Part shown: in pieces, positions 1 to 9,623 of the stretch | Layout of the letters: every line of letters starts with the position of its first letter | Numbering within the stretch: position 1 is the first letter of the stretch | Assembly (NCBI GenBank): GCA_016840035.1 | Contig: JAEOTC010000121.1 | Location: forward strand, 1-64,000 | DNA: 64,000 nucleotides | Direction of reading: 5' to 3' | DNA from: Candidatus Hodarchaeota archaeon | GTDB lineage: Archaea; Asgardarchaeota; Heimdallarchaeia; Hodarchaeales; Hodarchaeaceae | Position numbers and translations under genes: made by a program | The notes under the pieces: generated by a model | What the model was told of the DNA's origin: nothing | The model's database searches: none | Seen by the model: the letters and a program-made list of their open reading frames with translations, nothing else

Positions 1-420
1 AATTATTTTAGTGGTTCTCAAGAGTCTACAGCTCTCGAAATAGTAGTCTTGATATTAATTTTCATCGCGATTTTAGGGGAAACTTTGAGTGATTTTCAGC
101 TCTACCAATTTAAGAAAAAGTCAACGAACGCTGGTAAAATTTACTCTGGGGGAATTTGGAAGTATAGCCAGCATCCAAACTATTTCTTTGAGATGTTAAC
201 ATGGTGGACTTTTTGGCTCTTCGCAATTATCTCTGTATCATCTTCTCAACTCTTCTGGGCAATTCTTTCTATCATTGGACCAATTATAATCACTTTAAGC
301 CTACTTAAAGTTTCGGGAATTTCGCTCCTCAATAAACGTTATGAATCTGAACCATCTTACACAGATTATCAAAAACGGACATCGACTCTTATCCCTTGGT
401 TTCCAAAGAAGAATGAATAG
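1..420 (+). CDS. DUF1295 / steroid 5-alpha-reductase-like membrane protein (5' partial)
   Basis: Frame is open from base 1; motifs GETLSDFQLYQFKK, GIWKYSQHPNYFFE and YTDYQKRTSTLIPWFP are typical of DUF1295. Confidence 0.85.
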   Translation, partial: NYFSGSQESTALEIVVLILIFIAILGETLSDFQLYQFKKKSTNAGKIYSGGIWKYSQHPNYFFEMLTWWTFWLFAIISVSSSQLFWAILSIIGPIIITLSLLKVSGISLLNKRYESEPSYTDYQKRTSTLIPWFPKKNE

Positions 421-431
421 AAGGCAAAGAT

Positions 432-848
432 ATGTCAGATTTTCAATATTCCACAGGTGTATGTAATATTGGTGAAGCAGAAATTGCTCAGCGAAGAAGA
501 ATTGGATATTTAGGACTTGGATTAACAATAGTATTTTTTATGGTCTATTTAGGCTTAATATATTCGGTAGAATTAAATCCGTTGTTTGGAGTATTAGTTT
601 TCATTCCAGCTGAAGTATTTACCGTTGGATTTCTGCAAGCAAAAAAGAAATTCTGTGCTGCATATGGTTTAACTCATCGACAAAATGTAGCATCCCCTCT
701 TGGAGTAACTTTGAAGATAGAAGATAAAGCTTCACATAAGAAAGATAGAAATAAAGCCTTCCTAATAATAATTCAATCTATAATATATGCTGGAATAATA
801 ACCATCATAGTCTCTCTTTTTGGATTAATTTTGTACCAATTCTCCTAA
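432..848 (+). CDS. Small membrane protein of the 'GxCNIG...FC' family (YgaP/DUF2892-like TM hairpin)
   Basis: YSTGVCNIGEAEIAQRRR, two TM helices, FLQAKKKFCAAYG, third C-terminal TM. Confidence 0.65.
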   Translation: MSDFQYSTGVCNIGEAEIAQRRRIGYLGLGLTIVFFMVYLGLIYSVELNPLFGVLVFIPAEVFTVGFLQAKKKFCAAYGLTHRQNVASPLGVTLKIEDKASHKKDRNKAFLIIIQSIIYAGIITIIVSLFGLILYQFS

Positions 849-887
849 TTTGAATCGGAGGGAACTATTATTTCTAACGATGGTTTT

Positions 888-1328
888 TTGCAGAAAATTT
901 GGTTGATTTTTAGGGTTAATTTTTCTTGGGTAACATTTAGTTTGATTGGGTTCTTTTTCATATATATTGGCATACTAGATGTTCTCTTTGAGGAACTATT
1001 GGATCCCATAATTTGGATGGAGATAAAAAATTTAGGTTCTGAATCTATATCTTATGCTAACATAATTGTCCGCGTCTTGGGCTATACAATGATTAGTTTT
1101 GGGCTTACAATTTGTGTAATTTCGATAAAAAGTTACCGTAAAGGAGAAAAATGGGCCTGGTCTATCATGTGGATTGTTCCTTGTTTCTTATTTTTTATAT
1201 CGCATACAGTTTATACTAGTGGTGGGAATGTCTGGATAATTGAGGTAATTATATTACTCTTAGCAGTAATTACGCAGGTTTTCGCTTTTTTCTTTCCCAG
1301 AAATAAAGTTAAAGAGTGGAATAGTTGA
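888..1328 (+). CDS. Hypothetical 4-TM membrane protein
   Basis: Four hydrophobic segments, YRKGEKWAW loop; fills the gap in a + strand gene run. Confidence 0.65.
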   Translation: MQKIWLIFRVNFSWVTFSLIGFFFIYIGILDVLFEELLDPIIWMEIKNLGSESISYANIIVRVLGYTMISFGLTICVISIKSYRKGEKWAWSIMWIVPCFLFFISHTVYTSGGNVWIIEVIILLLAVITQVFAFFFPRNKVKEWNS

Positions 1329-1337
1329 TAATTAATT

Positions 1338-2231
1338 ATGAAAATTGGCTTCGTCGGATCTGCAAATACAACAATTGGTTGTAGGCCAGATAAAACTTTT
1401 CGCTTGACTTCTTATTCTGAAAAAAGAGTTTTAGAAACAGTTAAATCCAATTTAGAGTGTTTGAAAGATACTATTACATTTTGTATTCAAAATAATCTTT
1501 TATTTTATCGTATAGCCGATTTTATTCCTTTTTTATCTCATAAAACCTCTATTCCTTGGGAAACAATCGGTTCTATTAATTTTGATTTGTTCACTACTAT
1601 TGGAAAAATGATAAGAAAATCCAATATGCGAATAGCTATGCATCCAGGTCAGTATACGATAATAAATTCACCTAAAGAAGACGTTGTAAGTAATAGTTTC
1701 ACTGAACTAATGGGAAACGCTTGGATATTAGATAAATTGAAATTAGATAACACTGCAAAAATCCAAATTCATGTGGGAGGAGTTTATGAGGATAAAGACG
1801 AAGCGAAGAATCGTTTTATGAGTAATTTTGAAAAATTACCAAATAATGTGAAAAAACGACTTGTAATCGAAAATGATGATCGATTGTTTGATTTAAGAGA
1901 TTGTTTAGATATATCGAATCAAATCGAAATTCCAATTGTTTTTGATGTCTTTCATCATTCATTAAAGAATAATAATGAAAGTATAATTGAAGTATTAGGT
2001 ATCTTAGAAGATTTCTGGAGCATTGAAGATGGTAATCCAATGATTGATTGGAGTCATCAAGAACCAAGTGCACGCATAGGTAGACACACCAATACAATTG
2101 ATTTGAATCTCTTCAAAGCTTTCATCTCTGACATCAGGGTAAATAATCCTGATATAATTCTTGAAATTCGTGATAAAGAAAAAAGTGCCCTGAAAGCTAT
2201 TCGATATCTGCAAGAGATAGGTAGGATTTGA
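1338..2231 (+). CDS. uvsE: UV damage endonuclease UvsE
   Basis: MRIAMHPGQY, IQIHVGG, LVIENDD, FDVFHH, GRH, IILEIRDKE motifs. Confidence 0.93.
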   Translation: MKIGFVGSANTTIGCRPDKTFRLTSYSEKRVLETVKSNLECLKDTITFCIQNNLLFYRIADFIPFLSHKTSIPWETIGSINFDLFTTIGKMIRKSNMRIAMHPGQYTIINSPKEDVVSNSFTELMGNAWILDKLKLDNTAKIQIHVGGVYEDKDEAKNRFMSNFEKLPNNVKKRLVIENDDRLFDLRDCLDISNQIEIPIVFDVFHHSLKNNNESIIEVLGILEDFWSIEDGNPMIDWSHQEPSARIGRHTNTIDLNLFKAFISDIRVNNPDIILEIRDKEKSALKAIRYLQEIGRI

Positions 2232-3610
2232 GGATGCAAAACAAACCTAAATTGAATTCCTTGTTCATTTTTCGTAGAGATTTACGTGTTGATGACAATT
2301 CTGCTTTAAATTCCGCATTAGAATCGTCTTATCAAGTTTTACCAATCTTTATTTTGGATTCAAATCTCCTAAAAAACCCTGATCGTAGTGATAATGCGAT
2401 ACAATTCATGCAAGAATCTATTATTGATTTAAAGAATCAATTAAGTAATAAGAAAGGAGATTTACACGTCTTAGAGGGAAAACCGTGGGATGTTGTTAAC
2501 AGCTTACTTAGTGAAAGTAACTTGGATTTAAAAGCAATCTATTTTAACAGAGATTACACTCCTTATAGTATAAAACGGGACAGATTAATCCATAAAGTAG
2601 CTAAATCCCATGATGTTTCGTGTAGAATTTTTAGTGATCTTTTATTGAATGAACCTGAATCAATATTAAAAAAAGACGGAGCTCCTTATACTATCTTTAG
2701 CCCTTTCTATAGAAAGGCTTCAGAAAAACTGATAGTCCCTCCAAATTATCTTAACCGCGAGAACTTTCTGATTGGAAGACATATAAAAAAAATAAATATT
2801 GGAAAATTGAAATTTACGAGCAACCCCCATTTATTCATCAGGGGAGGAAGAAAAAATGGATCTTCAATTCTGAGAAGTATCAAGCAATTTAGTAAATATG
2901 AATCTGAAAGAGATTTTCCCTCAAAGCAGGGAACAACATTTCTATCTTCACATCTAAGATTTGGGACTTTATCAATTCGAGAAGCGTACCATGCCATAAA
3001 AAACCAAGGTAGCTTGCCATTAATGCGACAATTATACTGGAGAGATTTTTACCACTACATCGGATTTCATTTTCCCCATGTATTTAAAAAATCCTTTCGT
3101 GAAAAATATAACAATCTTAAATGGACCCAGAATTATAGAACTTTTACACTTTGGACAGAAGGAAAAACTGGGTTTCCCATTGTGGATGCAGGTATGCGTC
3201 AAATTAATAAAACAGGTTACATGCATAATCGGGTTCGGATGATTGTTGCCTCCTTTTTAACAAAAGATTTACACATTAATTGGCAATGGGGAGAAAAATA
3301 CTTTGCAAAAAAACTCGTAGATTTCGATATCTCTGTGAATAATGGAAATTGGCAGTGGAGTAGTAGTACAGGGTGTGATCCAGTTCCATATTTTCGTATC
3401 TTCAATCCTTGGACTCAACAGAGAAAATATGACCCTGAATGTAAATATATTAAAGAATATTTGCCTGAACTTAGAGAATTGACACCACAAGAAATCCATA
3501 ATTTAGAAAAAAAGATACCTCATGGTTTAAATTATCCAAAACCATTAGTAAACCATTCAGAGGCTCGAAAAAAAGCACTTTTGATGTTCAAAGGTGTTCA
3601 AGAGGTCTAA
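2228..3610 (+). CDS. phrB: Deoxyribodipyrimidine (class I CPD) photolyase
   Basis: FRRDLRVDDN, LSSHLRFG, LYWRDFY, GYMHNRVRM, NNGNWQW, YFRIFNP; overlaps the uvsE stop. Confidence 0.95.
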   Translation: MRMQNKPKLNSLFIFRRDLRVDDNSALNSALESSYQVLPIFILDSNLLKNPDRSDNAIQFMQESIIDLKNQLSNKKGDLHVLEGKPWDVVNSLLSESNLDLKAIYFNRDYTPYSIKRDRLIHKVAKSHDVSCRIFSDLLLNEPESILKKDGAPYTIFSPFYRKASEKLIVPPNYLNRENFLIGRHIKKINIGKLKFTSNPHLFIRGGRKNGSSILRSIKQFSKYESERDFPSKQGTTFLSSHLRFGTLSIREAYHAIKNQGSLPLMRQLYWRDFYHYIGFHFPHVFKKSFREKYNNLKWTQNYRTFTLWTEGKTGFPIVDAGMRQINKTGYMHNRVRMIVASFLTKDLHINWQWGEKYFAKKLVDFDISVNNGNWQWSSSTGCDPVPYFRIFNPWTQQRKYDPECKYIKEYLPELRELTPQEIHNLEKKIPHGLNYPKPLVNHSEARKKALLMFKGVQEV

Positions 3611-3641
3611 AATTATCAAATAAGGGAATTAAGTAATAATT

Positions 3642-4376
3642 TCAATATATTCTTCCGAGAGAGGCATCTAAGATCCTCCCTGTCATCAAAGGAGTTGTTG
3701 CAGCAAATTCTATCATTTCATTCAAATTCTCTGGTTGTAATGGTTCTCTAAGAAGTTGTTTTACAATTCTATCTGAAATTAACTTTTCCAAAGAAACACC
3801 GGTTTTTACTGCTTTCTGCTTTAATTCCCTGTTATGACGCTCAGTGAAGACATAAGTTGGAGAAACTCCGTTAATTCGAATATTTGGGGCTAAAACTTGT
3901 GCCATTGATCGAATGTAATAAACCAAACCTGCTTTTGCTATTCCATAGGACATTTTGTTAAGTGAGGCTTCAAAAGCGGAAGTACTTACAATATGAACTA
4001 TAGATCCAGTCTTCATTAATTTAGTTGCCATTTGTGTTAATAAAACTGCTGAAGTTAGATTTACGCTTATTACTTCATTGAAAAAGTTTGAATCAATTTC
4101 TAAAGGTTTTTTTGAGGCTAGAGATCCTCCTATAGCATTGATGAGAACATCAATAGATCCAACTTCAGATTTTACCCAATTTTCCAATTTATGAATTTCA
4201 TTTTCTCTTGTACAGTCAGCTGAAATGCTTTTAATATCTGGAAACCGATCACTTGACATGTTTAAACTAGTAACAAGAACCCGATTATTCTGTAAAGTAA
4301 GTTTTTTCATGATGGCTTCACCAATTCCACCAATAGCTGCACCAGTAATCAAAACTCTCTTATTTTCGATGATCAC
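3642..4376 (-). CDS. SDR family oxidoreductase
   Basis: VLITGAAIGGIG Rossmann motif, catalytic YGIAK, IRINGVSP. Confidence 0.88.
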   Translation of the reverse strand: MIIENKRVLITGAAIGGIGEAIMKKLTLQNNRVLVTSLNMSSDRFPDIKSISADCTRENEIHKLENWVKSEVGSIDVLINAIGGSLASKKPLEIDSNFFNEVISVNLTSAVLLTQMATKLMKTGSIVHIVSTSAFEASLNKMSYGIAKAGLVYYIRSMAQVLAPNIRINGVSPTYVFTERHNRELKQKAVKTGVSLEKLISDRIVKQLLREPLQPENLNEMIEFAATTPLMTGRILDASLGRIY

Positions 4377-4564
4377 AACGAATCTCCTCTTTTTGAAATT
4401 TATGATTGCGTTTTTTAATTATTTCTTATATTCTATAAATTCTGGAATCTATAATCCGATGTTCAAGTAAGTAGGAATTTATTTATTTAATAGAAATGCC
4501 CATCTTAGTCATAATTTGATCAAAAAAAGAGTACTAGAAAACGTTCTCCAAAGGAAATATTGAA

Positions 4565-6241
4565 ATGGAAGCATTATGGTATAAATCGTGGCCAGATGGA
4601 GTCAGAAAACATCTAGATTATCCAAATATAACAATTCATGCTCATTTTGAAGATACTGTGAGAAGAAATCCAGACTATCCCTTTCTATCCATACTTGGGA
4701 TGAATTACTCATATTCAGAAATTAATGATCAAGCAAATAGACTTGCCAATGCACTCCTGAAAAGAGGCATTTCAAAAGGTGATAAAATTGGAATATTTGC
4801 ACCAAATATTCCCCAATGGGTTGTAGCATTCTATGGAGTATTAAAAACAGGAGCTACGGTTGTTTTAATTTCTCCCTTATTAGGATCAGAAGATCTTAAA
4901 CATATAATCCTTGATTCTGAAATAAAACTTATAATTGCTCTAGATTTACTTTATCCGAAACTTGCAGATGATTGTTTTGATTGTCCCGTCCTCCAAGATG
5001 AAGAAAATATTATCATTACATCATTAGGTGATCTTCTTTCTCCAATAAAACTATTCTTAGCAAAAGCTATCCGAAAATTACCGAAAAACCCTCCTATTCC
5101 TAAAAGAGTTCTTAGATATCAACAACTTCTTGATGAAAATGAACCTTATTTCTCAAGCGTTAAATACGATCCAGAGTATGATATTGCAGTATTAGCATAT
5201 ACAGGAGGCACTACTGGGACACCTAAGGGAGCAATGTTGACTCATCGTAATATCATTAGTAATATGCGTCAAGCACGGGAATGGGCAATAACTACTCACC
5301 CATTGGGAGTCCATAAGAAATTTTTAGGAGCAGTTCCCTTTTTTCATGCAATTGGTTTAACTACAGTTTTTCTAGCTACTGTAGAATTTGAGAGTACCGT
5401 ATATCTTGTTCCGAATCCTAGAGAGTTTGAATCAATCTTAAAACTTATTTCTAAGGAGAGGATAAATTACTTTCATGGAGTTCCCACTTTATTCAAAGCA
5501 ATTATGAATATTCCGAATTTCCATAAGTATGATATGAACTCTCTAGATATTATTTTCTCTGGAGGAGCACCTTTACCAGCAGAATTAGCAATTAAAATTG
5601 AAAAAGCATTTAAGAATGCACTGGTGGTTGAAGCATATGGCATGACTGAACTATCTCCTATGGTCGCAGCAAACCCATTAGAAAAGGATAATAGAAAATA
5701 TGGAAGCATAGGGATTCCAATAACAGATACTAGATTGAAAATTGTCGATATTGATACTGGTAAAGAATTACCCCAAGGAACCTCAGGTGAAATTTGTGCC
5801 AAAGGTCCCCAGGTGATGAAAGGTTATTACAATAGAGTCGAAGATACAAAGCTCACAATTGATGAGGATGGCTGGTTGCATACTGGAGATATTGGTTATA
5901 TGGATGAAGATGGTTTCTTTTTTATTCAATCTAGAAAGAAAGATATGATTATCGTATCAGCCTATAAAGTTTTTCCCCCAGAACTGGAATCATATATTCG
6001 GAAAGAATTCGACCAAATAGAAGAAGTAGCAATCATTGGTATACCTGATGAATATCAGGGAGAATCAGTAAAAATGATTGCAGTCCTAAAAGAGGGTGCA
6101 GTATTAACCGATAAGCAATTCATAAATCAACTAAAAGGCAAAATTGCCGCTTATAAAATTCCAAAAATTATTGAATTTCGATCTGATCCATTACCGAAAA
6201 CTGGGATTGGCAAAATAGATAGAAAACTTTTACAAAAGTAA
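4565..6241 (+). CDS. Long-chain fatty acid-CoA ligase
   Basis: YTGGTTGTPKG AMP-binding motif, EAYGMTE, GWLHTGDIG, terminal GKID. Confidence 0.92.
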   Translation: MEALWYKSWPDGVRKHLDYPNITIHAHFEDTVRRNPDYPFLSILGMNYSYSEINDQANRLANALLKRGISKGDKIGIFAPNIPQWVVAFYGVLKTGATVVLISPLLGSEDLKHIILDSEIKLIIALDLLYPKLADDCFDCPVLQDEENIIITSLGDLLSPIKLFLAKAIRKLPKNPPIPKRVLRYQQLLDENEPYFSSVKYDPEYDIAVLAYTGGTTGTPKGAMLTHRNIISNMRQAREWAITTHPLGVHKKFLGAVPFFHAIGLTTVFLATVEFESTVYLVPNPREFESILKLISKERINYFHGVPTLFKAIMNIPNFHKYDMNSLDIIFSGGAPLPAELAIKIEKAFKNALVVEAYGMTELSPMVAANPLEKDNRKYGSIGIPITDTRLKIVDIDTGKELPQGTSGEICAKGPQVMKGYYNRVEDTKLTIDEDGWLHTGDIGYMDEDGFFFIQSRKKDMIIVSAYKVFPPELESYIRKEFDQIEEVAIIGIPDEYQGESVKMIAVLKEGAVLTDKQFINQLKGKIAAYKIPKIIEFRSDPLPKTGIGKIDRKLLQK

Positions 6242-6246
6242 GAAGG

Positions 6247-6269
6247 AACATGATCTGTATGATCATGTT
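6247..6269. terminator. Perfect hairpin between convergent genes
   Basis: AACATGATC-TGTAT-GATCATGTT, 5 nt after the ligase stop. Confidence 0.5.
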
Positions 6270-6284
6270 TAAGTTATTGTAAGC

Positions 6285-6425
6285 TCAAAATTCTACGAGA
6301 AACGCCAGCATTGTGACAATGATTGCAGATATTATTGACAATCCTGTAATTTGTAGTGCTTTTCGGAAATCTCGTTTTCGCATTTCCTTATTACTTACCT
6401 TTCCTGTATAAAACATTGTGGTCAT
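6285..6425 (-). CDS. 46-aa tail-anchored small membrane protein (not in the ORF track)
   Basis: Translated by hand: MTTMFYTGKVSNKEMRKRDFRKALQITGLSIISAIIVTMLAFLVEF; GAGG just upstream of the ATG. Confidence 0.55.
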   Translation of the reverse strand: MTTMFYTGKVSNKEMRKRDFRKALQITGLSIISAIIVTMLAFLVEF

Positions 6426-6475
6426 TGCCTCTAATGAATAGAATCTTTCTTTTTGATCGGACATCTGTTTTTACC

Positions 6476-7231
6476 TCATTTCATTGAATATTGATTTTTA
6501 AGCGCATTGGTCACACAGAATCTGAAAAAATATTGATAAAGGCCTTGGAATGACATAAACAGCGGTAAAACTATAATCAGACGCAAGTATCGAATATTAT
6601 CCGAATAATCTAAAAATAAACCTTCTAGATACACAATTCCTATTAAAATAAGTAGAGATAGTGCACCAAATCCGAATCCTGTTAATAATCTTCGTTGTCG
6701 TTCTTGTGGGCCGATGTTACATTGGCCTGGTTTATATCCTAAGCTTTTAAATAGAAAACCTTGAACTCTTTGCCGATTCTGTTCATCTGTTAGTACTTTA
6801 TCAACTTTCGGTTGAGGAATAATATTTTCCTTAATTAGATAACCTTTAATAGTTTCATTAAAATGCTCAGTTTGTTTTTCGACAAAATCATTTAAACCAT
6901 CAGGATAGTTTCCAGCCATAAATCCACCAATAAATCCACTTGTTCCATGAATGTGCTTTTCACTATCTTTCAGATCTACGTCTGAAGAAAAATGTCCAAA
7001 AACTAGTTTCATCCTATGATTCCCAATATTTTTGATCGCGAAAGATTTGTTCTCGAAAATTACGAACTTAATCTCATCGTGAGCCATTTCTTGTGCAAAG
7101 GCTGAGAGTGCTTGAAAAAGGCTTGACTGCAAGATATACTCGTCAGATTCATTTTCTTCGTCTTCCCGTGACCAGTGGAATAAAGGAATTCCTGAATCTT
7201 GTATAACAAAAACTTCATCTATACTACTCAT
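6476..7231 (-). CDS. Longin-like domain fused to a 'GxCNIG...FC' membrane domain
   Basis: N-term VFVIQDSGIPLF...SSLFQALSAFAQEM (Asgard longin pattern); C-term YKPGQCNIGPQERQRR, 2 TM, FRFCV. Confidence 0.65.
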   Translation of the reverse strand: MSSIDEVFVIQDSGIPLFHWSREDEENESDEYILQSSLFQALSAFAQEMAHDEIKFVIFENKSFAIKNIGNHRMKLVFGHFSSDVDLKDSEKHIHGTSGFIGGFMAGNYPDGLNDFVEKQTEHFNETIKGYLIKENIIPQPKVDKVLTDEQNRQRVQGFLFKSLGYKPGQCNIGPQERQRRLLTGFGFGALSLLILIGIVYLEGLFLDYSDNIRYLRLIIVLPLFMSFQGLYQYFFRFCVTNALKNQYSMK

Positions 7232-7349
7232 AATAATCTCTCTGGCTTAAGATATATGATATTCTCATCAATAAATCAGAGCTCTAAGCGCTAATATTAA
7301 AAGATTTTTCGTTTTTTATCGAATAAAAAATTTAAGATTACATAAATTC

Positions 7350-8087
7350 TTGGATTTAAGAAGTGAGTTCTTGGAACCGTTTAGAATTGAATCAAAACTC
7401 GGGTTTAGAAGACGGTTAATTCACTACTTTCTACTCCACTTAGCTAGAATTATATTTTGGTTTATTCCATTTGAAGTACATGGGAAAAATAACCTCACAG
7501 TGGAAGGAGTGCCAACTTTACTCACTTCAAATCATTTAAGTCATCTTGATTCAGTCTTTACTGCAGTAGCAGCTTTTCCAGTCAAACGTGCAATTAGATT
7601 TACAGGGGCAGCCGAATTTATGAAAAAGATGATGTTTCGTTGGACAAAGTACGAACTCGCCTTCCCTGTTGGAAGGGGACTAGAAGAAAGAGACAGATTT
7701 ATACGTAATACACTTACACTTCTCAAAAATAATGAAACTGTTGGAATATATCCCGAAGGGGGAAGGTCAAAAACAGGGAAGTTTCAATTTGAAAAAATTA
7801 AAGTTGGTGCTGGATGGATTGCGAAATTAGCAGGCCCAAATACAAAGGTTATACCTGTCTTTGTGTTTGGAACAAATAATATTATACCTTTTGGTAGATT
7901 TTTCCGTCTCAATTTCAATGCAAAAGTTAAAATCTATTTTGGACCTCCATTAAACTTAGATCGGTATTATAACTTACCAAATTCTATAGAAACTTCTCAA
8001 AGAATAACAAATGAGATTGTAAAGGGTATTATTACAGAAGGACGGAAATGTTTTGAGGATTTAGCAAATCATACTCATAAATCTTAA
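7350..8087 (+). CDS. Lysophospholipid acyltransferase (PlsC family)
   Basis: NHLSHLD (HX4D), YPEGGRS, VIPVFVFG. Confidence 0.88.
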   Translation: MDLRSEFLEPFRIESKLGFRRRLIHYFLLHLARIIFWFIPFEVHGKNNLTVEGVPTLLTSNHLSHLDSVFTAVAAFPVKRAIRFTGAAEFMKKMMFRWTKYELAFPVGRGLEERDRFIRNTLTLLKNNETVGIYPEGGRSKTGKFQFEKIKVGAGWIAKLAGPNTKVIPVFVFGTNNIIPFGRFFRLNFNAKVKIYFGPPLNLDRYYNLPNSIETSQRITNEIVKGIITEGRKCFEDLANHTHKS

Positions 8088-8094
8088 GCTCGCT

Positions 8095-8565
8095 TTAGAT
8101 CTGGTAACTATTGAGTGTTCCCCATTCTTCAATCTTATTGAATTTTTCTTTCTTTGATTGAAAATGGATCCAAGTAAAAGCCCTATCTAGGTATGGATAC
8201 TTGTTAAATAATTTTTTATCTCCATAACGAAATGTCTCGAGTACTAACGGCAGTTCTCTTCTAAAAATTCTATCTCGATAACTTATTGGGCCTATTCCCC
8301 CGCTAACCTTACAATAAACATGAAATATATAACCTTTTTCATTTTTCTGCCATTCAGCCAGAACTTCATCACGCATAATTCGTGTTTGCCAGCCTTTGAG
8401 CTGTTTATAATTATAATCGCTAGCTATGGTCAGAAATAATTCTCCAGTACGATCTGAGTGTGTCAAAGTATATCTACGAGGGATTATAGGCGAATCAGAA
8501 GTAGTGGGTGGGAAAAAAGTTGTATGCAATTTATGTGGATTCAAACGACTCAATTTTGTACCCAC
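8095..8565 (-). CDS. Staygreen (SGR) family protein
   Basis: PRRYTLTHSDRTGELFLTI, MRDEVLAEW, IFRRELPLVL, YGD, FQS...EEWG signature. Confidence 0.9.
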   Translation of the reverse strand: MGTKLSRLNPHKLHTTFFPPTTSDSPIIPRRYTLTHSDRTGELFLTIASDYNYKQLKGWQTRIMRDEVLAEWQKNEKGYIFHVYCKVSGGIGPISYRDRIFRRELPLVLETFRYGDKKLFNKYPYLDRAFTWIHFQSKKEKFNKIEEWGTLNSYQI

Positions 8566-8569
8566 TACT

Positions 8570-8592
8570 CGAATAAAAAAAAGAAGAGAGGA
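8570..8592 (-). terminator. Pyrimidine/oligo-T archaeal terminator after heliorhodopsin
   Basis: CT-rich run followed by an oligo-T tract on the - strand directly after the stop; similar tracts follow other - strand genes. Confidence 0.5.
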
Positions 8593-9438
8593 TTAAGCAA
8601 AGATTAATCCCGAGAATACTAGCCAAGCTAGTGCAGATTTTGCAACTAAGCTAAGTATAATATATCCTCTTTCACCAAACAGGTAATCTTTCCATGGGCC
8701 AACCTTTTTATATTGCAGAAACATGTTCACTGCAAAGCTATTGAAGAAGAGGAAGTACATAACTATAGCGATATAGACGAACGTTGGAATTGCTTGGCCT
8801 ACATCTAGATCAAAACTGGTAAAGGTTGCAACAATCACTATCCAAGGCATAATGCCTGCAATCCAGCCAAGCCAGTAAGGTAACCAGTCTGTTTTTTCGG
8901 TATATTGATTAATTTTTTCCATCAGTAATCCATATGTATTCATTAAGAAATTTAACACGAATACAAGAGCAATGACCCAGAAGTCTAATATACCAAAAGC
9001 AAGTGAGATGAAAATAATCATCACTGAAGAGCTAAAAGCATATTCCCACCATCGAATTGGATTCATCCTTTTTTGTAAGTTAGAAATATATGAATTATTT
9101 AGTGGATAAGCAATCAAGAAGTGGGCTATTGCTGACATTAATAAGAAGCTAGCTAATAAGATTCCTGCGATATTTTCAAATGGGAAGAGTACTTCAGGTA
9201 CAGGACGAAATATTGGTTTGGTACCAGTAAGGACATCTACTTCTAATTTTGAGATGTAGATATCAACCGAAAAATTCCGGATTTGGTCAATGAACAAACT
9301 TAGTCCGAAAATCAAAACTGCTTGAACTAAGTGTAAAACTGCCATAACTGTGTTGAACTTTTTCAAATAGGCAGCACTTATCGAGGATGTTTCCCCGTTA
9401 TCAAATTTAAATTCACTCATTTTCATCATACCTTGCAA
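8593..9438 (-). CDS. heR: Heliorhodopsin
   Basis: AVLHLVQ, SAIAH, NPIRWWEYAFSSSVM, retinal-binding LSLVAKSALAW; true start probably a few codons in. Confidence 0.95.
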   Translation of the reverse strand: MQGMMKMSEFKFDNGETSSISAAYLKKFNTVMAVLHLVQAVLIFGLSLFIDQIRNFSVDIYISKLEVDVLTGTKPIFRPVPEVLFPFENIAGILLASFLLMSAIAHFLIAYPLNNSYISNLQKRMNPIRWWEYAFSSSVMIIFISLAFGILDFWVIALVFVLNFLMNTYGLLMEKINQYTEKTDWLPYWLGWIAGIMPWIVIVATFTSFDLDVGQAIPTFVYIAIVMYFLFFNSFAVNMFLQYKKVGPWKDYLFGERGYIILSLVAKSALAWLVFSGLIFA

Positions 9439-9623
9439 AAATTTGAGTTTTGGGTGATTAAGGCTTTTTTTTCACTTTATATAATGCATTATCTTCAGAA
9501 ATTCATAATCTCCCGATTTTCGTAGAAGTTAATGGAACTTTTTGTTCTAATTATCTATCTAAGTAGTCAATACATTACTGAATCAGTTTTTCACAAAGAG
9601 TGATGGTGTTCATTTCTCCTGGT

